Shown here: piece after piece, positions 10,170 to 21,263 of the stretch
How positions within the stretch are numbered: the stretch's first letter is position 1
How the letters are laid out: the number at the start of each line of letters is the position of its first letter
NCBI GenBank assembly: GCA_963741205.1
Contig: CAVUHW010000005.1
Coordinates: forward strand, 1 to 61,043
Direction: 5' to 3'
DNA: 61,043 nucleotides
Origin: Nitrospirota bacterium
Lineage (GTDB): Bacteria > Nitrospirota > UBA9217
The notes under the pieces: generated by a model
The model's database searches: none
The model's input: only the letters and a program-made list of their open reading frames with translations
What the model was told of the DNA's origin: nothing
Made by a program: the position numbers and the translations under genes

Positions 10170-10682
10170 ATGACGACAAAGAAGTCACTGCGGGTTCTCG
10201 TCGGCATCTGTGTGATCTCCGCCTGCGTGCTTGGGGCGACCATGCAGGCGGGGGCAGAGACCCTGAACTACAAGACTTACACCTGGGTGATTAAATGGGA
10301 GAGAGCGCCGGTCGGCGATGTGGAGGGGCATGCGGTGAATCTTGTGGTGCGCGGCGGATTTAACGTATTTGAAAACGGGGAGGTTGCGACGGCTAACGCT
10401 GTCGGAACAAATGATTACATCAACGGGGCAGGCCCGTTCATGCAGTATGTCACCATCAAGTTTCCCGATGGGTCTACCATTATGTACAAGAGTCAAGGGA
10501 CGATGGGAGCAGGAGGGGGAGCGGGCGCATATACCAGCGAAATCATCAAAGGGACAGGCCGATTTGAAGGAATCAAGGGGACGCAAAGCGCTAAACTGAA
10601 GTACCTTCCCCTCGAACCAGGGGAAGCTGGAGCACGGGGATACGGGGAAGGAACGATCACCTACACCCTCCCGTCCAAGTGA
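10170..10682 (+). CDS. Secreted hypothetical beta-barrel protein (cassette-type)
   Basis: Signal peptide; IIKGTGRFEGIKG motif; followed directly by an attC-like site. Confidence 0.85.
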   Translation: MTTKKSLRVLVGICVISACVLGATMQAGAETLNYKTYTWVIKWERAPVGDVEGHAVNLVVRGGFNVFENGEVATANAVGTNDYINGAGPFMQYVTIKFPDGSTIMYKSQGTMGAGGGAGAYTSEIIKGTGRFEGIKGTQSAKLKYLPLEPGEAGARGYGEGTITYTLPSK

Positions 10683-10698
10683 ACGGCGGGTGAGAGCC

Positions 10699-10765
10699 GG
10701 CTAACCCCCGCATCCACACCGACGCGTGCAAGATCGGCGCGCATGGGTGATGCGGACCGTTCTAA
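10699..10765 (+). other. attC-like integron recombination site
   Basis: ggctaac...cgcatc[c]ac[a]cc / gggtgatgcg...gttctaa: AAC/GTT ends and a hairpin with two extra bases on the left arm. Confidence 0.8.
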
Positions 10766-10940
10766 TGCACCTTCAACTCGTATTTCACGCTTTGCAAATC
10801 GAGTGTGTCCGCGTAGTTGTAAGTGACGTTGATGCCGGCCGAAAAAAGTCAGTCTGATCTTTTCTGGTAGAAATGTTCAGTCTCAACGTCATCCTGTAGT
10901 ACACGCCAGATACAAATCGCGGATCCGCGCACTTCGTGTC
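10766..10940 (+). repeat. Array repeat copy 4, starting at the attC end
   Basis: gttgtaagtgacgttgatgccggccgaaaaaagtcagtctgatcttttctggtagaaatgttcag...catcctgtagtacacg. Confidence 0.9.
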
Positions 10941-11069
10941 GGAGATCACGTCCTTAAGCGTGTCGTCGCCCTCGCCGCTGATCAGCATGTTGAGGGAGTA
11001 GGTCTCCCGCGTTATGATGTGTTGAGATGCGATGAAGCAGCTCAACCTTTCTGGATAGTCGTAGATCAT
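10935..11069 (-). pseudogene. Fragment of a sigma-70 family (RpoD/RpoS-like) gene, region 3
   Basis: RETYSLNMLISGEGDDTLKDVISD resembles the SLETPIGEEGDSxLGDFIED motif; fused directly to the repeat. Confidence 0.5.
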
Positions 11070-11297
11070 AAACCTGGAGAAGAGTGCAAGAGCATGGGAC
11101 CCGTTTCAACTCATTGAAAAGTCATAATCCGCGAGATGTCCTTCTCAGCCGTTATCGAAATTTCAAATCTAAGATGCAGTTCATGAAGAACGTATAAATT
11201 CTTGAAACAAGAATTATCTATAATATCGAACGATCAAACAAAAGTGAATTGACAAAAATCCAACTCTCCACCAGGTTCAATAACTGGGGGACGTCAC

Positions 11298-12598
11298 TCA
11301 GTCCGGCGGCTTTACCGGGTGTTCAGATCTTCCCGGTGCATAGTATGCAAAAGTGTTTCTGCCCGTTTCCTTAGCGTAATACAGTGCGCTGTCTGCATAT
11401 CGGAAAAGGGCATCGATATCTTCAGTGTCGTCAGGATACACGCTGATGCCTATGCTAATCGTGATAGAAAGGTCGCACTCGGCGACGACGCACTTCTCCC
11501 TGAACTCGTTCAGGATCTTCCGGGCAATTCCGGTGATGTCCTCCCGCTGCTCAAATCCGCCGAGAAAGATGGTGAACTCGTCCCCCCCGATCCGGGCAAG
11601 GGCGTCCGAATCCCTTATCGCAGCTTTCAGACGCGCCGCGACCGTCCGGAGCAACTGATCGCCCACTTCATGTCCCTGCGTGTCGTTGATCTCCTTGAAG
11701 CGGTCAAGGTCAAGGAACAACAGCCCCGCTTTTTTTTGATTGCGGTGGGTTTCTGCCAGCCCGAACTGTAAGAGTTCCATGAAAAGACGCCTGTTCGGCA
11801 GACCAGTTAGTGAGTCATGATTTGCCATGTGCCGTATCTTTTCTTCCAGCAGTTTGCGCTCCGTGATGTCCACGATGAAGGCGATGCCATCCGGCTGGCC
11901 TTCGAGCTTTGCGGCCCCGAAGAGACCCCAGCGTCGCGAACCGCCTGGGCCGATATATTCCGTTACATAGGGTGTGATACGGCCGCTCGCTTTGAACGCC
12001 GCGGCAACTTTGAGCATGTACGGCATCCACTTCACCGGCACCAAGCGGTCCCAGCGAACTTTGCCTGTCAAGAGGTCCTCCCGGTTGTGGCCAATCATCA
12101 AAAGAAACGCGTCATTGGCCTCAGTGATCCTTCCATCAGTGTCGAAGTAGCCAATGCCGATTATGCCGCTCTCGCTCAAACGCCGGAAGCGTAGCTCGCT
12201 GCGCTGCAACGCCTCGACATCCCGTTTCCGCTCGATGGCATACCGAATGGACCGCGCCAGGAGGCTGCCGTTGATCTGCCCTTTTACCAAATAGTCCTGA
12301 ACGTCCAAGTGCAGTAGCTTGATTGCCACCTCTTCATCGTCCTGGCCAGTAAACACGACGATCGGAATCTCCGGCGATTGCTTTCTGACCGCCTGAACTA
12401 CCTCGATTCCATCGCCATCGGGAAGCCTCAGATCAACGAGAGCCACATCAAAGCCGCCCTGCTTCAGGAAACAAGCCCATCGGAGAGCCGAGGGGCATGG
12501 ACACAGGAAAAGCCATGCGGCTTAACCATAATGCGGATGAGTTCGGCATCATCAGGGTTATCCTCGATGGTAAGCACTTTTATGGCGGACTTTATCAT
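11298..12598 (-). CDS. REC-PAS-GGDEF diguanylate cyclase (frameshift near 12465)
   Basis: VLTIEDNPDDAELI, DLRLPDGDG, HDSLTGLPNR, RDSD I-site, RIGGDEF. Confidence 0.9.
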
Positions 12599-13105
12599 AG
12601 CGCACCCTATCTATATTACTGTATTCTCACCCGGCAGGGAGATGATCCTATTTATACATCTAAAATATCACTGGCTGTAAGTAGCCTCTGTGATTTAAGT
12701 TACATGGGGCTCAGCATCTCATATGTATCGGTTTCCGTTGCAACATTGAAGGTGCTTCGCGGAGTAACCGAATCGTGGATTAAGTAAAGAATATCATATC
12801 TAGTTTTCAGTTATGCCTACTTCCTGAACGTCGCGCCTGACACTTTCCTTTCAAACGTTACTTTCATGCCGAATTAAACGTCATTCTTAATATTGTGCTG
12901 ACGTATTCATGAAATCTGCCCATGGGTATTTCTGCCTATAGACAGGCCTTTTCCCCGCTGATAATATACGGCAGTTCCCTGAAATGGGATTAATCGCCCA
13001 AGGATAGGTCTTCAACGACCGATATACAGCATATCATAAATGGTTCTCAAAAATTAGGCGCATTTTTTAAAGAGACATCGTCAAGAGCTATGTCGGAGCT
13101 GGGGA

Positions 13106-13498
13106 ATGGAACGAAAAGTACTCATTATCGATGATAATGACGATGACATCCTGATAACGAAGTCTATTCTTTCCAAGATCGGGTTGGGAATCACGATTGA
13201 GGTGGCGTCAAGCGGTGAAGAGGGGCTCGCGCATGTCCGGGAGGGAACGGTTCTTCCGGCGCTAATATTGCTTGACGTAAAAATGCCGGGGATGAGCGGC
13301 ATTGACGTGTTGCGAAAAATACGCAGCGAAAAACGACTTGCCTCTATTCCTGTGGTTATGGTCACCCATTCAATTCTTGAATCTGACTTCGTGGCGTCTT
13401 ATAAGTCCGGCGCCAGCAGCATCCTTCTCAAGACAGCAGACACAGATAAATTCAAGAGATACATGCTGAATCTTTTTGAGAACTTCATGGCAAAGTAG
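13106..13498 (+). CDS. Single-domain response regulator
   Basis: LIIDDNDDD, LILLDVKMPGMSG, IPVVMVT. Confidence 0.9.
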   Translation: MERKVLIIDDNDDDILITKSILSKIGLGITIEVASSGEEGLAHVREGTVLPALILLDVKMPGMSGIDVLRKIRSEKRLASIPVVMVTHSILESDFVASYKSGASSILLKTADTDKFKRYMLNLFENFMAK

Positions 13499-13657
13499 CC
13501 CGGCATTCGTCAAGATGATACGACTCCGTGATGAAAAAAACAATATCAAATTTCTCACGGATATCCGATGAAGAGGATCTACGATCAACTCGATCCGCGT
13601 GGTAAGATGCGAGTAGATGATGATTTGAGTGCCGTGCGATCAGAGAAAGGAGAAGAA

Positions 13658-13945
13658 ATGTCACCTGATAAAATTCAAGCTATTCGTGATTATCTGGGTA
13701 AACGCTTCCCACACTCAAGACATGATGATGAAATCGATTTCGATAGATATGGACACAAATTCCGAATCGTTACAAATGACTCGGTGTTACTGTTTTCTGT
13801 CTCTGCATCATTTATCGAAGATAATGAGATAGACATACTGGCCAAGACACTTGATAGACTTGAAATAGTTAGCCAATTAGAAAACAATCAAGAGTCAACC
13901 GTTATAGTCAGAAAATCTGGCATATCAGTCGTTCCGAGAAATTAA
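13658..13945 (+). CDS. Hypothetical protein
   Basis: AT-rich ORF with RBS aaagga before ATG 13658. Confidence 0.6.
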   Translation: MSPDKIQAIRDYLGKRFPHSRHDDEIDFDRYGHKFRIVTNDSVLLFSVSASFIEDNEIDILAKTLDRLEIVSQLENNQESTVIVRKSGISVVPRN

Positions 13946-14001
13946 TTGACTTGACCTGCAAACGAAAGTATCGCATATCAAGGATAACTTAAGGACACTG
14001 T

Positions 14002-14038
14002 TTCTAACATTGTCTTGCATCCGACAAATCAGTTAGAT
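14002..14038 (+). other. Collapsed attC-like remnant
   Basis: ttctaac...gttagat complementary core ends but too short for a full site. Confidence 0.35.
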
Positions 14039-14104
14039 CAAAGTTTATTGATTAGAAACAGCCTCCTCAACATTCTCCCTTCATACCACAGGCTTGTGTT
14101 GCAC

Positions 14105-14235
14105 ATTAGTAAGTGTCGTTGATGCTGGCCGAGAAAAGGTAGTCTGATCTTTTCTGGTCGAAATGTTCAGCCACATTAACATCCTGTAGTTCACGCATGT
14201 CGCTTATCGCGAGTCTGCGTACTTCCCGTCGAATT
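14105..14235 (+). repeat. Array repeat copy 5
   Basis: gtaagtgtcgttgatgctggccgagaaaaggtagtctgatcttttctggtcgaaatgttcag...catcctgtagttcacg. Confidence 0.9.
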
Positions 14236-14423
14236 TACCAATTCCACAACGATAAATCTCACGTTGACCGGCATTGATGTTTGCTGTGGACCTGAATGCT
14301 GTGTTGATTATTGCACGTCTCTATCTATTATCCTCAGAGAGAAAAATATTACCCAATTTTCCAGATTTTGGTATCATAAACTCCTGGCGTGCACACATGG
14401 ATATTTAGCGGGGGGTATCCCTA

Positions 14424-16488
14424 ATGAAAAGGATTGTATATACATTGGAAGCAGTATTGTTTCTTCCTGTGATCATGGTGGTTCTGAGCTGCGGACCTGA
14501 TGGGAAAATAATCAGCCCATATTCTCGAATAACGTCCCTGTTGCGAATGCCGGGCCCGACCAGAACGTGACGACGACAACGGTAGTAACACTTGATGGCA
14601 GCGGGAGCAGCGATACCAACGGCGATGCGTTGACATACAGTTGGTCATTTACGTCAAAACCTGCTGGGAGCACGGCGATGCTATCCAGCTTGGCGGTGGT
14701 CAATCCAACATTTACCGCGGACAAGGACGGGGCGTATGTACTCAGCCTCGTGGTCAACGACAGCACGGCAAGCAGCACGGCGGATACGGTGACGATCAAT
14801 GCAGCAACAGCCAACTCGGCGCCTGTTGCGAATGCAGGTCTGGACCAGAACGTAGCGACGACAACGGTAGTAACACTTAATGGCAGCGGGAGCAGCGATA
14901 CCAACGGCGATGCGTTGACATACAGTTGGTCATTTACGTCAAAACCTGCTGGGAGCACGGCGATGCTATCCAGCTTGGCGGTGGTCAATCTAATGTTTAC
15001 CGCGGACAAGGACGGGGCGTATGTACTCAGCCTCGTGGTCAACGACAGCACGGCAAGCAGCACGGCGGATACGGTGACGATCAATGCAGCAACAGCCAAC
15101 TCGGCGCCTGTTGCGAATGCAGGTCTGGACCAGAACGTAGCGACGGCAACGGTAGTAACACTTAATGGCAACGGAAGCAGCGATGCCAACGGCGATGCGT
15201 TGACATACAGTTGGTCATTTACGTCAAAACCTGCTGGGAGCACGGCGACACTATCCAGCTTGGCGGTGGTCAATCCGACGTTTACTGCGGACAAGGATGG
15301 AGCGTATGTACTAAGCCTCGTGGTCAACGACGGCACGGTAAGCAGCACGGCGGATACGGTGACGATCAATGCAGCAACAGCCAACTCGGCGCCTGTTTCG
15401 AATGCCGGTCCGGACCAGAACGTAGCGACGACAAGGGTAGTAACACTTGATGGCAGCGGGAGCAGCGATGCGAATGGCGTATGCTCACTTACGCTTGGTC
15501 GTTTACATCAAGGCCAGCCGGAAGCATGACAGCGCTTTCAAGTTCCACAGTGGCCAAACCAACGTTTACGGCTGACAAAGACGGGGCGTATATACTTAGC
15601 CTCCTGGTCAATGATGGGCAGGTAAACAGCGCAGCAGATACCGTAACAGTAATAGCTTTTAGACCAGTCCCTGTACCTGACACTGGCCAGTCGACTCACT
15701 ATACCGCTACGTTTGGTGAAGACGCCGACTATCTCATTAACCCGCAGTCATTTGCAGACAACGGGGATGAAACAATCACTGACAATATTACTGGGCTTGT
15801 GTGGCAAAAGCAGGATGACGGAATAATCCGTAACTGGTCGGATGCGAATACGTATTGCAATAACAATAGCCCTGGCTTGCCTGGTTCTGGTTGGCGACTT
15901 CCAACACGTATGGAATTGTTGAGTATTATAAACTACGGTAAAGATAATCCTGTAGCTGACATTTCATATTTTCCAAATACCAAATCATTGTCGTACTGGA
16001 CGTCTATTACGACCCCAAATAATACGACCATTGCAAGGCTCGTTGGCTTCGATTATGGCACGACGGGCATCGGGAATAAAACCGACACTTCCTACGTACG
16101 TTGCGTTCGGGGAGGAGCTGCGTTAAAGAGCATCATAGACAACGGAGACGGTACCATCACCGACGCATTCACTACTCTCATGTGGCAAAAACAGGACGAC
16201 GGGACTACGAAGACATGGGAGGGTGCAATAGCCTACTGCGAAGGCCTAGTCTTTGCCACATATTCAGACTGGCGACTGCCGAACATCAAAGAATTGAGTT
16301 CCCTTGTAGATGACGGCAGATATGTGCCGGGAATTGATACCTTCTATTTCCCCAATACGCAATCTTCGGTCTATTGGTCTTCTACAACCTCTGGATGTAC
16401 GGTTGCTGGATGGGGTGTAAACTTCTGGGGCGGGGATACAGATGCCTTTAGTAAGGTCAGTTCCTATTCTGCTCGGTGTGTTCGCTAA
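14424..16488 (+). CDS. Lipoprotein with PKD/K319L-like Ig repeats and two C-terminal DUF1566 (Lcl) domains; frameshifts near 14510 and 15480
   Basis: Lipobox VLSC; PVANAGxDQNV..TLDGSGSSD repeats; DNITGLVWQ, WRLP, YWSS, VRCVR motifs twice. Confidence 0.85.
14536..15480 (+). repeat. Intragenic tandem repeat, 285-bp unit, about 3.3 near-identical copies
   Basis: Shadow ORFs recur at 14641, 14926 and 15211 (period 285). Confidence 0.95.
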
Positions 16489-16504
16489 GGAAAATCGCAA
16501 GGCA

Positions 16505-16675
16505 TTACTACCAGAAAATTCGCAGTTTTTCAACCGACCTCAGACGAGAACTTGTAGCTGGTCTTGACGCAGCCCAGAGAAAAGATGACTGAACTATTCT
16601 GATTGAAAAGTTCAACCAAACGAACATCCTGACGTTTTGTTTTCATAATCTTTCCCTTACCGCACACTACATCTG
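16505..16675 (+). repeat. Array repeat copy 6 (diverged)
   Basis: taccagaaaattcgcagtttt...cttgtagc...ctgaactattctgattgaaaagttcaa...catcctgacg. Confidence 0.65.
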
Positions 16676-16923
16676 GAATCTCTTATTTCATTCCTTATAG
16701 CGACATCAAATATATTTGACATCATAATTGAAGAGGCATAGAATCGGATCGATAATCGCATAAGTTCTCTGATCCAGTGTTTTCGATCTTGGGGGAGGTT
16801 GCCACAATGGCATTTTCCCTGCTAAACTCTTAACACCGGAAATCCGATGTTGAGTAGTTCAGGAACTATATAATCAAGTGTTGGGCGGGTAACGCTGACA
16901 TTAAAAAACTCACGAAGGGCCGC

Positions 16924-17340
16924 ATGAAAAAATCAACCTATATCTTTCTCCTCGCTGTCTTTTCTTTTTCTTCTTAGTAGTCGGGTGCGGAAGCAGTTCA
17001 GACGAGTCCCCAGCCGCAGACTGTGGCACTAAATCAGAGCGATTCAGGCACAACGGTTTCCCTCCACCAAAACCAAATCATGACTGTCTCTCTCCAAGGC
17101 AACGGATCAACAGGTTACATTTGGGAGGTAGTACCTGGAGCTGAGACAATCCTAACGCAGCAAGGCAATCAAGAATTTGTGGCTGATAGCAATGCGATCG
17201 GATCTGGCGGGACATATAAATTTAAGTTCGAGGCAACTGCGCTGGGCACTGCGCCCCTCAACCTTATCTACCATAGACCTTTCGAGACAGGTGTAGCCCC
17301 TTTGCAGACATTCGGGATAACAGTGACTGTTGGCAGTTAG
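16924..17340 (+). CDS. Protease inhibitor I42 (chagasin-family) lipoprotein; frameshift in the signal region
   Basis: LQGNGSTGYIW, IGSGG, LIYHRPFE motifs; VVGC lipobox. Confidence 0.85.
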
Positions 17341-17359
17341 CTGGACAACGGAGAACTTC

Positions 17360-17432
17360 ACTAATTGATGGCCCCAGCACGCGAAGCGGCCTGTTTCGCT
17401 TCGCTCTCAGGTCATCCGCACCACCGTTCTCT
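17360..17432 (+). other. Degenerate attC-like hairpin
   Basis: gcgaagcg...cgcttcgc hairpin ending ggtcatccgc..cgttc, located after the gene stop. Confidence 0.4.
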
Positions 17433-17464
17433 CCCTCGCTGCGCTCGGGATTCTGCAGGTTTCT

Positions 17465-17635
17465 ACTGGTATTCGTTAAAGTTTTAATAGATCGCAACTC
17501 CAACAGTTGTAGGTGTTGTCGATGACCGTGATGGCGCCAAAGAACAACAGATGCCATTCGTAACTTTCAACGATTCCTGCATCCTGGACTAATCGCCGAG
17601 TGCAGAACTTGGAAATTATAACTTTCATGCCGTAA
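17465..17635 (+). repeat. Array repeat copy 7 (subtype B)
   Basis: gtaggtgttgtcgatgaccgtgatggcgccaaagaacaacag...attcctgcatcctgga, close to the copy at 27847. Confidence 0.85.
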
Positions 17636-17779
17636 TCGATGCCCCTTATGATTTAGATTCATTCAGCAATCTGAATCACGCCTCCTCTATTTCAATATAT
17701 TCTACTTGCCCCTTATACCGGAATAAAGTATCCTCGCAATATAAGTACAAAAATATTCCGGTGTTGGTCTCGAGTATCC

Positions 17780-18493
17780 ATGCCAAATAGAATAAAGTTC
17801 ATATGCCGCCTCTGTTTCGTCCTTCTCTTGTCAGCAGGGTGCGTAAAGAACCATGTGAACCTAGAGGAGAGTGGCATGCCTGGTGCTCGTACAGTCATCG
17901 TCGGTTCGATCAGTGCTGGCGAGAAGGGGTTACCCGTTACGGGAGAAACCCTGAAAGAGAGGCCAACCCGTCGAGGAGAGCACTTTACTATTCTACGCTT
18001 GGCCGGGGATAGGCCAGCGATGAGCTGCGATATCGTCGTGGTCGGCCGAAAGCCGAACTTTCATAAACCGATCAATGCGGTGTACGAATGGACGGGAAAA
18101 GGGTTCATGTTGGGCGTGCGTGTTGCAGCAGGTCTGGGCCCAGCTGCTGTCGGCCCGCCCCAGGTGGGACTGGAGGGACTGGCAGTGGGACTGGCAGTCA
18201 TAATCACGCCAATTGTTGCAGGAGCCGCATGCGGGTTCGCGGTTGGTGTGGCCGATGGAATCGAGAAGACCGTCGAACAACTGGGAAAAACAGTGACAAA
18301 GGAGGAACGGATGATCACCTGCACAACCTATGCGTACGACAGCGTCGATCGGATCACGCTCATGCGCATGTATACGGCAGACCGCACCCAAGAATTGGTG
18401 CGTACCACGTTCTAATACGAGGGGCAAGGGAGAATTCCGAGAAGAGCTGTGGTTAACAGCTTAGTAGAGGGAACGGAACAAGAAGTGCGATAA
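17780..18493 (+). pseudogene. Hypothetical lipoprotein with a probable premature TAA at 18413-18415
   Basis: LSAGC lipobox; the reading frame continues past the TAA (YEGQGRIPRR...EVR*). Confidence 0.55.
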
Positions 18494-18544
18494 ACTCAAA
18501 TAGGTGCTTTTGAGATTTTCCCATATTGTATGACGAACAGTTGG

Positions 18545-18662
18545 ATGACACCAAAATGTAACGTGAGACGGATCAGTGATTTTTTCGATGAAAAATAATC
18601 GTCGCGTCTTGCATCCTGACATCGCAAAAATAGTCAGCAGAGAAATTGTGCAGTTCATACTA
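18545..18662 (+). repeat. Array repeat copy 8 (diverged), interrupted at its 3' end by IS630
   Basis: gcatcctgacatcgc...tgtgcagttcatac aligns with catcctg...gcacttcat. Confidence 0.55.
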
Positions 18663-19763
18663 ATACAAACGCAATAAAGTTTGTTACAAATTAGCCTATT
18701 TATGTTATACTGGGAGGCATGAAAACCTCTCCCGTAAGTTCTGAAAAGGTAACCAAAGAGCAATTGCTGGCCCTCGCCGAAAAAGTGCCCGGAGCCTGGA
18801 TTGGCATAAAGATAGCCACCCTCCTTTTGGTACTGGAGGGGCAGCGGCCGGGTTGGATCTCAGAGGTTCTGGGACAGACCCGGATGAATGTGAATCGCTG
18901 GACGCGGGCGGTAAGCAAGGACGGCGTAGAAGCCTTGATCCCGAAAAAGCCGTCGGGCCGTCCAATCCGCATGACGCCGAAGATTGTGGCCCAGTTGGAG
19001 CGTCATCTGGAGGAATCGCCTCAGAAGTTTGGATTGAACCGCGTTCGTTGGGACGGCCCCACGTTGGCGACCCATTTACAGCGGCAGTTCGGGGTAAAGC
19101 TGAAAGTCCGCCAAGCCCAGTATTGGATGCATCAACTCGGGTATCGGTTAAAGCGGGCCAGTCATGTTTATCTTCAGGCGAAGGCAGAAGACGCGAAGAA
19201 ATTCGCCCGGAACCTAAAAAAAACTCAAAACGCTGGGCCCTAAAGAAACCATTGTTTTTCAGGACGAAAGCGGTTTTACCCTGCATCCAAGGCTCGGCCG
19301 CGGATGGGCGCTTCTGGGAAAGCGATTGAAGGTTCCGACGACCAGCCAGCATCAAAAACGCTTGAATGTTTCCGGCTGGGTGGCTCCTCTCCTGGGCCGC
19401 GCCGGGATGATCCAGACAGAACGGGGAAACCGCGAGGGGTTCCTCAAAGTGTTGCAACACCTTTATAGTCAGCTTCGCGGCTACACTATCTGGCTGTATG
19501 TTGATCGAGCACGTTGGCATAGAGGCGATCCGATACGGGAGTTTCTGAGAAAGCATCGAAGGCTCCGACTCGTATATTTGCCACCTTATCAGCCCGCCTT
19601 GAATATGCAGGAGCGGATATGGCGACAGATTCGTTATGAATCAACCACCAATCGGTGGTTCGATAATCTTGATGCAATCTGGGCCACAGTTCAGAGAACT
19701 CTTGACTCGTGGTCAAAGCACAAAATCAGGCGACTTTGTAACATTACTTAGTGCGTTATATTA
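18661..19763 (+). mobile_element. IS630-family insertion sequence
   Basis: TA at both ends; imperfect terminal inverted repeats taatacaaacgcaataaagtttgttacaaa / tttgtaacattacttagtgcgttatatta. Confidence 0.9.
18719..19751 (+). CDS. IS630 transposase, HTH ORF plus DDE ORF joined by a +1 shift at the A8 run near 19216-19223
   Basis: HTH ORF 18719-19243; second frame has FQDESGF, YVDRARWH, LPPYQPALNMQERIW. Confidence 0.9.
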
Positions 19764-19836
19764 AATTCGTTAACCTACCTACATTAAAAAAAATTCATCA
19801 AAATTGTCGACTATCTGACGTATAAGACATAATAAT

Positions 19837-20601
19837 ATGAACCCAAAACCAATTTCTCAAAGGAAATCTTTCATCGGTAGCTTTCATAACCATTCGACAT
19901 GGTCGGATGGCGTATATACACCCGATGAGCTGGTTCAAAAGGCCATAAAGCTACAGTATGGTTCTATTGGTATTACGGACCACTATGTTACCACGAAAGG
20001 GGGTATTAATTATGTTGGGAATGATCAACTAGAACCATATATTAAGGAGATAAAGAGTTTAAACAGCAAATATGACGGAATAATAAGGGTCTTAGCTGGG
20101 CTTGAGATCGACACGTCCACTGAGAATCCGAATCGGAAGAAACTGCCATTCGATAAGCTGAATAAGCTGAACTATGTCCTTTTCGAATATGTTGATGATG
20201 AATACAAAGATGCTTTGACATTAACGGATATTATTGCTATTAGAAAAGAGCTAAGCTGCCACGTAGGGTTGGCACATGCGGATGTGGAGATGCTAATCGA
20301 CAAATATTCTGCATCAGGCCTGGCAACGAAGCTGAGTGATAATAATATATTCATTGATGTATGCGGATCAGAAAGAAACGTCATATGGGATTCTTATGAC
20401 AGAGGCACTATAAGCAGGCAGTTTCGTCTGAAGATTGAAGGACTAGGAGAAGAGTTCAAAAACGAAGCAAGGAAGCACCACGTGAAATTTCTTCCTTCCT
20501 CAGATACACATTATGACAGCGACAATGACAAAATGGCAGATGCCGAAATTGCATTAAGAGTAATTGAAGATTACAAGCTGTCTATCCTTGAACTATTCTG
20601 A
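19837..20601 (+). CDS. PHP-domain phosphoesterase
   Basis: HNHSTWSDG, GITDH, GLEID, LAH, SSDTH motifs. Confidence 0.9.
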   Translation: MNPKPISQRKSFIGSFHNHSTWSDGVYTPDELVQKAIKLQYGSIGITDHYVTTKGGINYVGNDQLEPYIKEIKSLNSKYDGIIRVLAGLEIDTSTENPNRKKLPFDKLNKLNYVLFEYVDDEYKDALTLTDIIAIRKELSCHVGLAHADVEMLIDKYSASGLATKLSDNNIFIDVCGSERNVIWDSYDRGTISRQFRLKIEGLGEEFKNEARKHHVKFLPSSDTHYDSDNDKMADAEIALRVIEDYKLSILELF

Positions 20602-20684
20602 TTCGCGCTTGATTATTAGGGATTCGATGTTCTGTAAGAAAACGCCACGCTTGCCAGTAAAGTCAAATCGTTGACGCAGGTTAT

Positions 20685-20855
20685 AATCGATATTTCGCAG
20701 CCATTTGCAGTAAGCGCTGGTGCATGATTGTAAGGTGTTGTCGATGACCGCTAGAATGTCGAAGAACAAAAAGACCATTTGTAACTTTCGTCGAATCCTA
20801 CATCTTGAAGTTGTTGTTTTTGACTGATACACTGAGATGCATGTTTCCTGTCGAA
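20685..20855 (+). repeat. Array repeat copy 9 (subtype B)
   Basis: gatatttcgcag...gtaaggtgttgtcgatgaccg...ccatttgtaactttcg...catcttgaagtt. Confidence 0.8.
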
Positions 20856-21263
20856 TTCTTGTGAAGGATATTTGTTTGAGTCCACCATGGGGAGCAATAA
20901 CCACGTAACGGGGCATCCCGCACTACGAGATGAATCGATTTCCTTGCGTTGTACTATTTTGACTTTGCCGGACTATACATTAGAGTCCGGCATTGACCCT
21001 CCGCATTCCCCCTCAACCCCGTTGTATGTTTTACTATGCCGATATAATTTGACATGGCCATCGAACGAGCCTAAAATCGTTCATCAAATCGCAGTGTATT
21101 TTCAGGCCCCCGTGTTACAGAAACGGGGGCTATGCCGTCCCACTAATACCGGACTTCTGGAAAAGTAGTGACGGTTATCGTCCTTATAACGGTGATATTC
21201 CCAAAATCCGTTGCTATCTATCCATTATCATTATTACCTTGTTGAACTAAGGAGAAAATATAC

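Noticed and set aside
15990-16488. A complete DGR in this window
   Set aside because: No reverse transcriptase, accessory gene or adenine-variant template repeat was seen.
18413-18415. In-frame TAA as read-through
   Set aside because: There is no standard bacterial recoding mechanism for TAA; a nonsense mutation or base error is more likely.
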